DNA of 64,000 nucleotides from Lama glama (lineage: Eukaryota), in NCBI GenBank assembly GCA_028534125.1, contig CM052817.1, positions 30,196,001 through 30,260,000 on the forward strand, read 5' to 3'. The notes beneath the pieces were generated by a model. That model was not told the origin of the DNA and searched no databases. It saw nothing but the letters and a program-made list of their open reading frames with translations. Made by a program: the position numbers and the translations under genes. This document shows, in pieces, positions 1-11,780 of this stretch; position 1 is the first letter of the stretch, and each line of letters opens with the position of its first letter.

Positions 1-1529
1 TGTATTTCCTATAAAATTACCACAAGATATATATGTGTGTGTGTATGTATATATATATATATACATGTATAATTAAAACAACAAACTGAGAAAGAATTCT
101 ACAAAACTTCACTCTAACCATTTCTGAAGAAGCCCATCTTAGCACATTCCCTGACAACGAGGATGCAAGCAACACAGATCTGTAGTGAGGATGTACAGAA
201 AGTGTTTCTTCATCTGCTTCAAAATATCAAAAAGAATCCAAAAGTCTGCACCTAACATTAGCCCGTTTCTAGTTTAAGCCAGAATGCACCGTGAAAGTGC
301 AAACTAGTTCCATGTCACGGGGAGGATACCACGTCAGGCCCCTGACACTTTTGAAGGAACTGATTTTGAAAGTCATGCCCAGAGTTCCCAGCCTCCCAAA
401 GAGCATTCTGCTTCAGGCACCTAGTACCTTTCTGCTTTCTCTGTTCTGTGCCTCTCACAAAATCATTTTAAATAAAGAGGAAATGAAAAATAACTTGATA
501 TTGATCATTTACACCTTTACCAAAAGCTATTTACACACTCATGTGAGATCACCCCAGCTTATCTTCATTTTCTCACTCATGAAAGAATCAAACACGGTGT
601 TTCCTGTGACCTTTTGGCAAACTCAAGTGGGTGGAGAAGATGTGGTGCAGAGTGAAAAAGGCTCTGAAATCTTCTCATGCCTAAAGTTTATCCTGAAGGT
701 TAGGGATAACTGAAGGCACTTGAGGGGACCTCAGAAGGCTGAGTCACAAGGGAATGGAGACTGCATTGTCTGCGGCTCATGCCTCTTCCAGGAGCAGCAG
801 CCCCAGTCACAGCTGCTGAACAAGGAGGAGAAGGCTGAACATCACCATGTTTAAGCGGAGGCTCAACATGCCTGAAGTTTACCCTGCCTGCATCTGAGAC
901 TAGAACTTCTTAAGGGCTCAGTCGCTTCCTCTCTGCTCAGCTTGCAAATCACCTGTCCTTTCCCCACCCTTCAGTTCTGTATAGAGATTTCAGATCCCTC
1001 TCAGTGTGAGCTCCTTGCTGATGCCTCTGCCGCCCCCTCATCTCATAGGATGCAGTCGAGCACCAGGCGTGCACTCTGTAACTACAAGACCCATAGCTTT
1101 TGCCTTTCAAGTTCCTGGCACATCCCAGGTTAGGACAGTGGACAAACGTTCAGTTTTATGTCCCTGAAATCATACTCTACACCATATGGTGAGGTTTTCA
1201 TTCTGTAAATATAACTTTGCTCTTATAGGCAAATTCATGATCATGAATTGATGATGCCAAATTGTTATATGTCTCAATGATAATTATAAAGAACAATAAA
1301 TACAACATATTTCTTTTGTGATTGGCTTTGTTTTCACACATTCAGCACATACACAAAGGTGTGTTACAAAATAAAATCAATAGCATAAGAAACACACAAA
1401 TATACCCTTTCTTTAAAAATAGATGATTTGTGCCACAATTTATCCTTTTTTTAGAAGTCACAGCTTTTATAAATGAAGGGAAACACAGAGATGGCCTCTA
1501 TTGCTTTCATAGTAGGATAATATCTACAA

Positions 1530-1775
1530 GTATTGCGTTCCTACTCTGTCTGCCAGTCACTCCAAAGGATTTAGATGCTAAAAAAAAATAAATTAAATTA
1601 AATCCTTAACAAATCAATAGGTCACACACTTTTACTTCCCTCATTTTACAAATTAAGAAACCAAAGCAAGAAGAGGTTGAGTAACATGCTAAAAGTTTTG
1701 GAGTCAATGTATTGTGGCAACAGAATTCAAATCCAAAGATGCTGGTGTTCCAAGGCACTGATCTTAACCATTCAT
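1530..1775 (-). mobile_element. MIR SINE remnant
   Basis: Degenerate MIR core: cattttacaaattaagaaacc...agaggttgagtaac...agaattcaaatcc...cttaacca. Confidence 0.65.
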
Positions 1776-3039
1776 TACTTTCTAAAATAATGCAATGCTA
1801 TCCTGAGGTCAGATGTACTCAGGTTCTGGGAGAGGTCAGATTTTTTTGTATTGATTTTAACCACTGAATAGCCTATATTTTGTGTTTATAAATTTGAGAC
1901 TAGGAAAACTCATACAAGCATGTTATCATCTATCTCTCTATAGCCTGAGGGGAAATATCCAAGAGTGAATTTGGAAACTGACCCTCAGACCCTAAGTCTA
2001 TAATCTGACATCATGTTTTTCATGGGCTTTAAGAAGAAAGCTTCTTCGAGTTTTCAGAGTACAAAACAAGAGCACTGGGGGGAAAATTCTATCTAGACAA
2101 GCTCCTTGAAACAGCTTTTCAAAATGCAGTTAAGCATGGTACTCAATCTAGATTTTCCAGACTGAATCTATAATTTAGATACCAAGCCTTGTCATTTCTA
2201 ATAGTTGTCACTGTTGAGCATCGTGGATGTTAGCTGTCATAAATATATGAGGCCTGTCTTCACACTCATTTTTTTCAATGACCCCATAAAACTGGTCCAA
2301 AAAACAAAGGTTGCTTCTTTTATTCAGTTAACAATTTAAAAGCCTCTTATGGAATGTGAAAATCCATAGGTGGGACCCAAGCTATTAGCTCCAATGACTA
2401 AAATGAAAACAAAAGGGAAAAACTGATTCAGTTATTAGTTCTAACTAATCTGTATGTATGGTCTTGGTAGATAAGATATCAAAGTAAATTCATCTCAGGT
2501 TTCCAGACTTACAAAGAAATAAACCAACCAAATGCACAAGACCTACCAATGTTTTCTTGGCATGTTTTCAAGGATACTACCTTCTAAGAGGATGTTCTCC
2601 TTAAACAACTCTCCTCTGCTGTTTCTAACAATACTAACATCTATCCATTGTATGTCACGTTATGCTTTCTTAAAAATTTTAATTTACTTGAGCCACACGA
2701 TATCCTTGAGAGATAAACAGAGTAAGTAGAATCTCTCCTCCGATTTCACAGATGAGTAAATTAAGTCGCAGACAGGACTAATGAATCACCCAAAATCACA
2801 GTTAGTTCAGGGCAGAATCACAGCTGACGTAAGTCAAGAGTTTGAATAACTGGTGTAATAGTTGTTTTCCATTCAGTGAAAAGTCAGCTTAAAATATTCT
2901 GATGCTAAGAGTGAAAGGCCAGTATGATAATTAAATGATAATTGCTTCGATGATTTTAAGGATAAGGTAAGTTCTCTAGTTGAGTCTTTTCATCATGGTA
3001 GCATATTAAGAAAAAAAAATGATGTATAATCTTTTATAT

Positions 3040-3245
3040 GTGTTGTATAGCACAGGGAACTATATTCAATATCTTGTAGTAACTTATAATGAAAAAGAAT
3101 ATGAAAATGAATATCTGTACGTTCATGTATGACTGAAGCATTATGCTGTACACCAGAATGGCACAGCATTGTAAACTGACTATATTTCAATAAAAATATA
3201 TACACAAAAAAATTAAGAAACAAAAAAATAAAAAGCAATATTTAA
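3040..3245 (+). mobile_element. L1 3' end (cetartiodactyl/camelid type), 5'-truncated
   Basis: gtatagcacagggaactatattcaatatcttgtagtaac...tgctgtacaccaga...caataaaaa followed by an A-rich tail. Confidence 0.85.
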
Positions 3246-3444
3246 AAAAAATTAAACATAAAATAAAAACCCAGAACACATAAGCAGAATATGCTTCGAG
3301 AAAGGAAAACAGGAGCTAGATGGCAGACATGGTTAGGGGATGTTCACACAGTTGTGCTTTCTTACTGAGACAAACACATATTTGTTTCCAAAAATAAAAT
3401 ATATTTTATTTTGCAAAAAAAATGAAATAAATGAATAAAATTAA

Positions 3445-4035
3445 AATTCATTCAACAAACATTTAATTGCATGCTTACTATGTGCCAGGCACAGTTCTAG
3501 ATGCTTGGGAATCAAACAACAAAACAGGCAAAAATCCCTAACCTCAGTGAGCCTATGTTCTACCAAAGAGACAAAAATAAGCAACTGACGTACTGATAAT
3601 AAAACACTATTATCTTGTATACTAAAATATTGAGTGCTAAGAAACAGAAGAAAAACTGGTCATGGGTGTAAGGGAAGAATCAGAAGTGGGGGTGAGGGAG
3701 CGATGAGACTTGCTAACGAGCAGACACCTGCAGTGTTTATTTGACTGGTCAGGGTAGGCCTCACTGAGAAGGTGCAATCAACGAATATCCAGGGAAGGGG
3801 GAACAGTCAGGGAAAAAGCTCCAAGGAATATCCTGGTGTGTTAGGAAGGAAGTCGGTGTGACCGCAGCAGGCTTAGCAAGGAGAGTTGTATGATGTGAAG
3901 CCAAAGAAAGGACAGGAAGACAGATCATGCAGGGCCTTGGAAGCCACAGAAAGAAATCTATTTTGTCTTTTGATTGAAGTAGAAACCATCGCAGGATTTT
4001 GCTCTGTTGAGTGATGTGATCAGACCCATAGTTAA
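3445..4035 (-). mobile_element. L2 LINE 3' fragment
   Basis: attcattcaacaaacattta...tactatgtgccaggcac is the reverse complement of the L2 3' terminus; L2-like sequence follows. Confidence 0.8.
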
Positions 4036-4046
4036 AAGAGGACCCA

Positions 4047-4113
4047 TTGTTCTGTATACCACAAATATATAGACTGCTAAATGTCAATTATATCTCAATA
4101 AAACTGGAAGAAA
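4047..4113 (+). mobile_element. Very short L1 3' tail with TSD
   Basis: aatgtcaattatatctcaataaaactggaa plus A tail, flanked by aaaagag(g/a)accca at 4034-4046 and 4114-4126. Confidence 0.65.
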
Positions 4114-4679
4114 AAAAGAGAACCCACAATCATTAAACACCTAAATCCTATCACTCAATGTAGTGTATAATCTTTGCTGTGTATATGAATCCCAATTTCC
4201 CTCCTCCTCTCAGAATAAAATACTAGCGAGCCTATTTTCCCCAAGAAAACTCCAAGGCTCAGCATGTCTAAGTAGTTTGTCTAGGATGAGATCTAGTAAG
4301 TTGTAGAGCTAGGTGAAAAGAACAATTTTTCTCACTCAATCTAAAACTGATTGCTCTTCCTTATACACTCATTTATATTAAAGTTACAAAGGAAAAAAGT
4401 AATAATTGAGATTAATTATCCAGATTACCCATCAATAGAGATGTTCAGTTTGATATATTAAAATTGAATCAAACTCAATTTTTCCCTTATTATTAATTTC
4501 TGGGACATAATGATACAAATAATTTCCTTGAACTTTCTATTTGAAATGACATATGAACATCCAGGCTAAGAATTTTGGACATGGAAATAATCATAATAAT
4601 TACAGAAATGTACCAGAGTATATTTATGAAAATTTTCAAGGGCTTCTAGTTATTGTTCTATATTAATTCTCTACTATAT

Positions 4680-4875
4680 GTCACTTTGCTAAATCCTTTG
4701 CATATATCAGTTTTTAATACTCATCAAAAACCCTAAGAATACTAATAGTAATCCCACTTTATAGATGACAAATGTGGCCCCAGAGAGGCTAAGTATTGTT
4801 AAGGTCACAGGACTAAAGCTGGGATTTAAGCTAAATCTCTGCAGTCTAAAGTTAGGTTCTCTCCACTAAGCCACG
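4680..4875 (-). mobile_element. MIR SINE remnant
   Basis: cccactttatagatgacaaatgtggcccagagaggctaagt...aaggtcacag...gctgggattt MIR core. Confidence 0.7.
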
Positions 4876-7694
4876 GTGTCTTTCTGCTGCACGATGCTCA
4901 ACATATCACCTCAACATTCCCATCTAAAAGATCAGCCAGATCTGAGTAGCCCCATTTTCCAGATGATTAACTGGTCGTAGAAAAGTTAATCAAGCAATCA
5001 ACCTTTATTTTATGGCCGCCATATGCAAATCAATATTTAGTTACTGAGAGCGCAGAAGATTCATGATACAATATCTTGCCTCAATAAGCTCACAATCTTG
5101 TTCAGGTAACAAGAGACACATAAAAAGGTAATAAATAATCCAAGGTAGCAAATAATAAGTACCACATGCAATCCAGAGCCAACAACCGCTAAAGAAATTC
5201 AACAGAGAGAAAATTGAATCTGGGCGTTTCAATTCAGTTAAGAAAGATTGTTACTAAAAGGACCCATGCTGAGGTGGTCTTCACAGGAAAACTGGGGTTT
5301 AGATCAGCAGAGAGGATAAGGAAAAATAATTCTAGTGAGTGTGGATAACATGATCAAAGGCCAACGGAGCAGATGGATTCTCATGAGAAAATGAAGAGAT
5401 GACTTTGAAGTGCAGGATGGACGGATGGCAAAGGGAAAATGAAGCAGAGAAGTAAACTGTAAAAACTTTTGATTGTCAAATTAGGAATTTACAGGAGGAG
5501 GAAAGGAATTGATTTTGTTTAACTGACAGTATGTGGGACCTGCTTTGTGTACACTTTTGTTTCTATGATCCTTTCAACAACCCTGTAAGGTAGGACGTTA
5601 AATACATCATGGCCATTTTAAATGAAAGTAAACAGATCCCCTGGGCAAGGCACAATTTTGGGTATGTAGATGGAGCAGAATTTCTCATCTAGATCTATCT
5701 GCATGCAAGGCCTATATTCTTTCCACTGCCCCCTCATTGCTGTCTACCAACAGCAGTGGGGAATCTCTGAGGGTATTTGATCAAGAGAAGAGAATGACAC
5801 ATGAAAAGCATCAACCAAAAGAAGGCTAATCTGACTGTGAGATACTAGCATATGTCCAATGTCAGGGAAGGATTGAGGAAGGAACACACCAAGCAAGAAA
5901 AGCCACTGAGTCAAATGCATTAACCTAAATAACACAGTGACAAGAATCTATATGCGAATGCCGACAAGGGAGGTGAAGAGAATAGAAGAGATTTTACAAA
6001 AGAAATATGAAGCAGTAAATGGTGATACCCATGACCTGCAACAAGTAGTTTTTACTTCCCGACTAGACGCCCATGGTGTAAATATTGCTCCTGGAAACTC
6101 AGAGACAAAAATCCAAGACCTAGCTCAAATATTTTAAGGTTTTGACAGCATGTGATTTATTTAAAAGTGATAAAATCTATGCCTTGGGAAAAAATCTGCT
6201 TTAGTGCAGTCTACCTCTCAAACCACCATCATGAACTATAACAGCCTTATGCTGGGCATTTGTCTACTGCATGAGTTTGACATGAGCTCCTTGCTGTACA
6301 GGCTGACGTGGACAGTAATTCCTTATATTCATGGTCATTCAACATGTTTCCATGACTAAGGAAACATTCTTTTCTTTTCCTTTTACTAAACTAACTGTAC
6401 GTGAAACAACTGAGCTCTCCCTGAGAGATACCATGTGTCATATTGCTGAACATCATTCCTCCCTAGCACTTCTCTTTTCCAATACGACGTACCACTCAGG
6501 ATTCAAGACAAAAACTAACAGCAATTAAATGGCATATTATTTAAAAACAAGTTGGGTCTTTCCTGACCTTTTCCAGCTCCTGAGCAATGCAAACCACACA
6601 ACTGCCAAATATATGTATAGAATTAACAACAACCTATATTTTTCAAAGACAGTATTTACATAAACATCCAGGCATTTAGTCAATACACATCTTTTCAAGC
6701 AACTTAATATTGCAAAGTTGCCAACCTGGTGATAATCAGAATAATTATACAAATCTTTTATCAGTATCAAGTGTTCAAATAATTTGTCTTAATTTTGAAT
6801 TATTAATTAATCTGAACATCCTAATAAATATAATATATATGAAAAATGTTATATAAATGATAATATATATATGTCTGCATATACACATGTCAGAATTGTT
6901 GAATAACAATAATTTGACTAGAATCATTTTAGGAATTACACACCTACCCTACTTTTACCTAATTCCCTTAGCATCAGCCAACTATGCTGAAGGACAATTA
7001 AAATTTAACATGTTAGCCAAGCTTAATTTCTTTCACCTCTATGGATAAAAACAGATTTGTTTCTCTGAGCTGAAAATAGATGTTTAAGTTCGAAATCAAA
7101 CTGTGCCACAGCCCAACAAAGTTAGGCCTACAGCTAAAGGATATCTAAAACGCCTTTGGAAGTTTCAAGAATGTCAGACCTGTGCTGTATTTTAGAAACG
7201 TCACATGCATGCGTCAAGAAATATCATCACAGAATAATAAGTGTATTTCCTGAAATACAACCCAGATAGTCTTTCATCATTTTTTTATGTTCTTCATATC
7301 TCCATATCTGTACCAATATGAAAGTAGGCATCTGTAAAATTCAGTGAGGGAAACTGGAGATACTGCACAAACGCATCTGCCCAATAACATTACACTTTCA
7401 CATACTCTAAGTTTGAAAAACTTAGCCATTATGAATAAAACTAATTTAAAAACTCTTCATGCACAAAGTCTGGGCTCTATATGACTTCTATAAAACATAT
7501 GTTAAATACATTGTGTATGTATAAAAGAAATCAGAAATAATGTTTATTTCATATACCTTATTTTTTATTATCTATGTTTGTTTAGTATGGGGCAATACAT
7601 TCATATATTAAAAACCTATTAAAATATAAATATTACCCTTAACTTTTAAAGGCATTATTTTGTCAGAGTTCAAAAAAAAGAAAACTATTTTTAC

Positions 7695-7810
7695 CTCCCA
7701 GTCCTGGTCTAAGCCGATTATCGTAACCATCCAGAAGTCTGTCTAGAATTCTTGTAAAGATGGTAATGTTATTTTTAGCCTCATCTTCTTGGATGTTAGC
7801 CAGCACCAAC
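7695..7810 (-). CDS. GABRA2: GABA-A receptor subunit alpha-2, exon 3 (end of signal peptide and start of extracellular domain)
   Basis: 116-nt exon, TTTAG|GTTGGTG...CTGGGAG|GTAA. It continues in frame from exon 2 as (R)[38 protein letters not shown](D), including the GABA-A alpha motif [12 protein letters not shown] and an N-I-T glycosylation sequon. Confidence 0.98.
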
Positions 7811-10125
7811 CTAAACAGATAATTTTACAAGCTGATATATATACATATGTGTGTTTTGCAAGCGCTAACATGCTCTTCTTCCTTGATTTGAATTTTAAGG
7901 CTCCCTAAGCTATCAGTGCCATCCGTTTTCCTCCTTTTTTTTTTTCCACTTCTATAAATACCAGTCTGCTTGTGGGAAAGGTAAACATGCTGTTGGAAAT
8001 GGATAGTAAATACTAGATTATCAGAAAGTTTGATGTCAAAATTATTTCAGATTTCTAACACATAGCATTCTGTGTGAACTAGTCATTTTTTCTAAAATCC
8101 ACTCCCTAGAATATATTATGATTGTAGAGTATCACATGCAGACAGTATTAGTGATGTTGCTCTGCATTTAGAAAGGTACAAAAACCAAAGGGACCCCTGA
8201 CATAATTCTTCAGTGATTTGAATATTAATTGGAAAATGAACTGCCTCCTTGGAGGCACAAAATTTCTCTTCCTTCCTCATAAATGTCTTTTCTTTTTATG
8301 TCTTTTTCTCTTTTAAAGCAAGATGATTTCCTTACTTTGGGTATACCTCCACCCAATGGCCAAGTGCAATATAGACATCAGGGAAACTCCGCTGGCTGTG
8401 TGCCAGGCTCCAATGTAGCCAGGAGGTGGAGGTGGGCTCTGGGAGGATCAGCAGCACACACACAGCTGCAGAGAGCCTTGGAGGAGGACCCCTCCTGACT
8501 GGTCTCTGAGGAAAGTGACAGAGGTCATCCAAAGATTAAAATGCTTAGCTACTTTGTATGTGCATGTGTGTGTGTGTGCGCGTGAGATAAATTTGCGGAA
8601 AGAATAAATGGTCTTAAAATATCACCGGAAAAGGGTTAGCAACAGTGATTTTCTCCATTATTTCTCCCTCAGAAAGCCAGAGACCTGATTTTGTGACATT
8701 TGGTGCAGAAGCAACTGGATGTATAAAACAGAATGTCCCTTTTCACTGCCTTTTTTTTTTTTCATACCCAGAATGATTCAGAGATTTAAATTACTGGCCC
8801 CAAAAAAGAATCGTTTATATAATAGAATAAAATACTGGCATGAACATTACAGGTCAAATATAGAACAGAAAACTAGTAGACGGAAATATGGATAAGGACT
8901 GAGGACTTCCAGTGATTATTAACTAGCCACAGTTTACTTACTCCTTTAAAATCAAAGATTACATGTAATTGCATTCTGATCAAGGTGTATTGTGTGAAAT
9001 ATCAGTGACAGAATTCATTTGCATTTAAATGATTACACAGCTAGTAGTTAAAAATAGCAGTAATACATAAAAAAATTGGTAACCAACTTCAAATACTCTC
9101 TTGATAGAAAAGAAAATATTAAAATACTGATATAAACATTTTTAAATTATGTAAGCAAATTATTTCATACCTTCAAGCCTCAAAAGTTTTTATATTGCCT
9201 TAAGCTAATTTTAAAAACAGTCCCTAAGATAGTCATAAACTTCCACTTAGGGATTTTTCATGGGAAAGTGTTTTTTAATCACATACCACATTTGCTTTCT
9301 AAAGTCAATACTAAGATTTTAAATGAAGAGATACTTTCCAATTAAAAACAAGGCTTTATAAACAGATCCCTCAATTCTAGAAAGTATTTTCATACTTTGA
9401 CAATTACTCAGACAGGAAAATGAAAATTTCAAATGGAAATAAAGGCATTACAAAATCATAGAGACTAACTGTTCTTTTTTTTAAAGGAATGGTTACATGG
9501 ACATTCTTAAGAATTTTACATTTTAAGTCTTCTGGTATTTTGAAAACCATAGCCTACATTTAGGCAGTAAATAAAAGATGGCCACTTTTCTGACTTTTAT
9601 TATCTGATGATAAAAATCAGAAAAGACTACAATTAAGATGAAGTTATTGAAAGCAATAGAACTTCAATTTCATGTTTGTAGAATATAAGCAAAATAAAAT
9701 TGGTTACATTTGCAAAATAAGTACTTTTTATGACAGGACAATTTTAGGAATAAAAAAATCTCTAAATCAATAATATGAAAAGTTGATTAATAAATCAAGC
9801 TTTTGTTTTATTGTTTGTGATTGTGAAGTTGTATACTACCTCCACCTAGAGGTTTGAGACTCACACATCATTTGGTTTTTCTATATTGACTGAAAGAGCC
9901 AAGACCACTTGAGCAAAAAAAGGAAGGAAGCAAGAAAACCAAAAAGAAAGAAAAAAGAAAAGAAGTTAACACTCAAATCATTTTAGTTTGTGCTTTTCTC
10001 TTTGGCTGAAAGGAAAACAGTTGGCTTCTTTACTGAATTTTAATGTTAGTACAGTGGCTCATAACTTAACCACTTCAGTTCCTTGCAAGAATATGTCATT
10101 CAAAGGATATTCTTTTCTTTGGTGG

Positions 10126-10126
<1 letters not shown>

Positions 10127-10177
<51 letters not shown>

Positions 10178-10190
10178 TTCTTTCTTTCTT
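10127..10190. repeat. (TTTC)n microsatellite in GABRA2 intron 2
   Basis: Directly visible tetranucleotide array. Confidence 0.95.
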
Positions 10191-10414
10191 AAATGTTTCT
10201 ATTCATTTTTGTCTTTTATAACTAAAAACAAGAAGCAGTGAACTTTTACTTGTCTGCACTTTATAGTTCAGTTTTCTGGCACAACCTTTTTTCAAGAGAA
10301 ATGATCCTTCAGAATACTTCAGATTCGCAAAAAGCCACCTCTGTTTTGATGGCATTCGAGAAATACACCTTTACCCTGAATTTAAAATGTCAAAAACAGT
10401 AAATAATGTCTCAC

Positions 10415-10485
10415 CTGGCTGGGTCCCACACCAAGAAAACAAGAAGCAGCAACTGCATGCTGTGGACGTTCAGTTTCGTCTTCAT
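10415..10485 (-). CDS. GABRA2: GABA-A receptor subunit alpha-2, first coding exon (exon 2; signal peptide), CDS part
   Basis: The reverse complement translates to [23 protein letters not shown](R), matching the mammalian GABRA2 N-terminus (human [24 protein letters not shown] as recalled). 71 coding nt end at donor CAG|GTGAGA (phase 2). The likely acceptor AAAG|AGTGGCG-ATG puts the exon start at 10492, after a T-rich tract. Confidence 0.97.
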
Positions 10486-11470
10486 CGCCACTCTTTGTAA
10501 AGTCTTGGAAGAAAAACAAAACAGACTTAAAATTACATTCAGTCTCACCAACCAAATGGCCCCAAAGAATAACATTTCCACTGGGAATTGGAGTTAAAGC
10601 ATATGGAGATTATTCCAGCGGAGTGAGTGTAGGCTGTGATGACCCAAGGATTTTTTTTTCTTTTCTTTCTTTTCTTCTCTGGGAAGAAAGACGACCAAAT
10701 AATCAGACTTTGTTCTGCCAGGAACTTCCCCCAGCCCCATCGTAAGCAAACACTGTTTTGTGCACACACACGTAATAATAACACACGGGACCCTGAGCTA
10801 GAGAATAGAATGGTTTGGAGGGGAGACCGAAAAAGGGGAGGAGAGATGGGTACTTCGTGCCACAGTCCCCTCCACCAAGACCACCCCCGCATCCACAGCG
10901 AGAAAAGCAAAGGGAAGCCAGCCCACTTTTTTCGATTATTATTCTTTCATTACAATGAACTGCAGTCCTCACGTCTTCACTACTTCACTCTCTTTAAAAT
11001 AAATTAAAATAAAATAAATAAAATAACCTCCCTCACTGCCCATCCACAGTTGCCCAAGACCACGTCTTGGAGGCAGACGGGTTCGGATTAACTGCTGCGA
11101 AACGACGCGTTTGACAGCTGTTCCGGAGCCGAGGATCACAATCCGAGCAGGAGCGTGAGGCTCCGGGATCCAGGAGAGGCAGGCAGGCAGCGGCGATCAC
11201 CGAGTGCAAAGTTGGAGACTATAAAAAAGCCAGGCTAACGTGCTGCCCGGCCGGGCGGGCGTCTCGGGTTTTATTGTAGTTGCAAATACGCTTCTGGTGA
11301 AGAGTATCGAAATTGTTTTTTAAATGTTCTGGGGAGGAGGGGGCGACCCGAGCCTCCTCGGTTGCCAGCGAGCATCTGAGAGTCGGGCGGGGGGAGATGA
11401 GGCATGCACGGGAGGCAAAGGTAAATGGGGAAGTCATGGTCCCAGCTGGGACCAACGCGTGCGACCTTAC

Positions 11471-11780
11471 CAGAAACAGCAAGCAGAACTGGGTGTTTTC
11501 CTCCCTTTGCCCTGATCTCGAAGAGATAGGAAACTTGAGAGAGAGAGAAAAAGAGGGAGAGAGAGAGAGAGACAGGGAGAGAGAGGGAGAGAGGGAGAGA
11601 GGGAGAGAGAGAGAGATTGACTGCAGCAGCCGGGCGAGCGGGGAGCGATGAGCTGATGGAAGCCGAAGGAGAGCGCGAGGAGCGGTGGCAGCGGCGGCGC
11701 GAGGAGTAGAAGGAGGCGAAGGCGTCCGTAGTGGCGGTGATGGGCGGAGGAGGAGGAAGAGGAGGAGGGGGAAGCGTTGG
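11471..11780 (-). other. GABRA2: GABRA2 non-coding first exon (5' UTR); 3' end exact, 5' end approximate
   Basis: Donor TTTCTG|GTAAGG at 11471/11470. The preceding minus-strand sequence (TC)n-CAAGTTTCCTATCTC...GATCAGGGCAAA...TTCTGCTTGCTGTTTCTG resembles my recollection of the human GABRA2 5' UTR. The TSS cannot be determined from sequence. Confidence 0.8.
11537..11616. repeat. (GA)n/(GGGAGA)n purine tract in the 5' UTR exon ((TC)n on the mRNA strand)
   Basis: About 80 bp of purines with a single C interruption at 11573. Confidence 0.95.

Larger units (their letters stand above)
1..7694 (-). other. GABRA2: GABRA2 intron 3 (partial; continues beyond window start)
   Basis: Follows the exon-3 donor. 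I found no exon 4 sequence ([22 protein letters not shown]) in 1-7694. Confidence 0.85.

Noticed and set aside
10406..11007. ORF-track ORFs overlapping exon 2 and intron 1 (63-123 aa)
   Set aside because: Antisense or intronic chance ORFs; the real coding exon is 10415-10485 on the minus strand.
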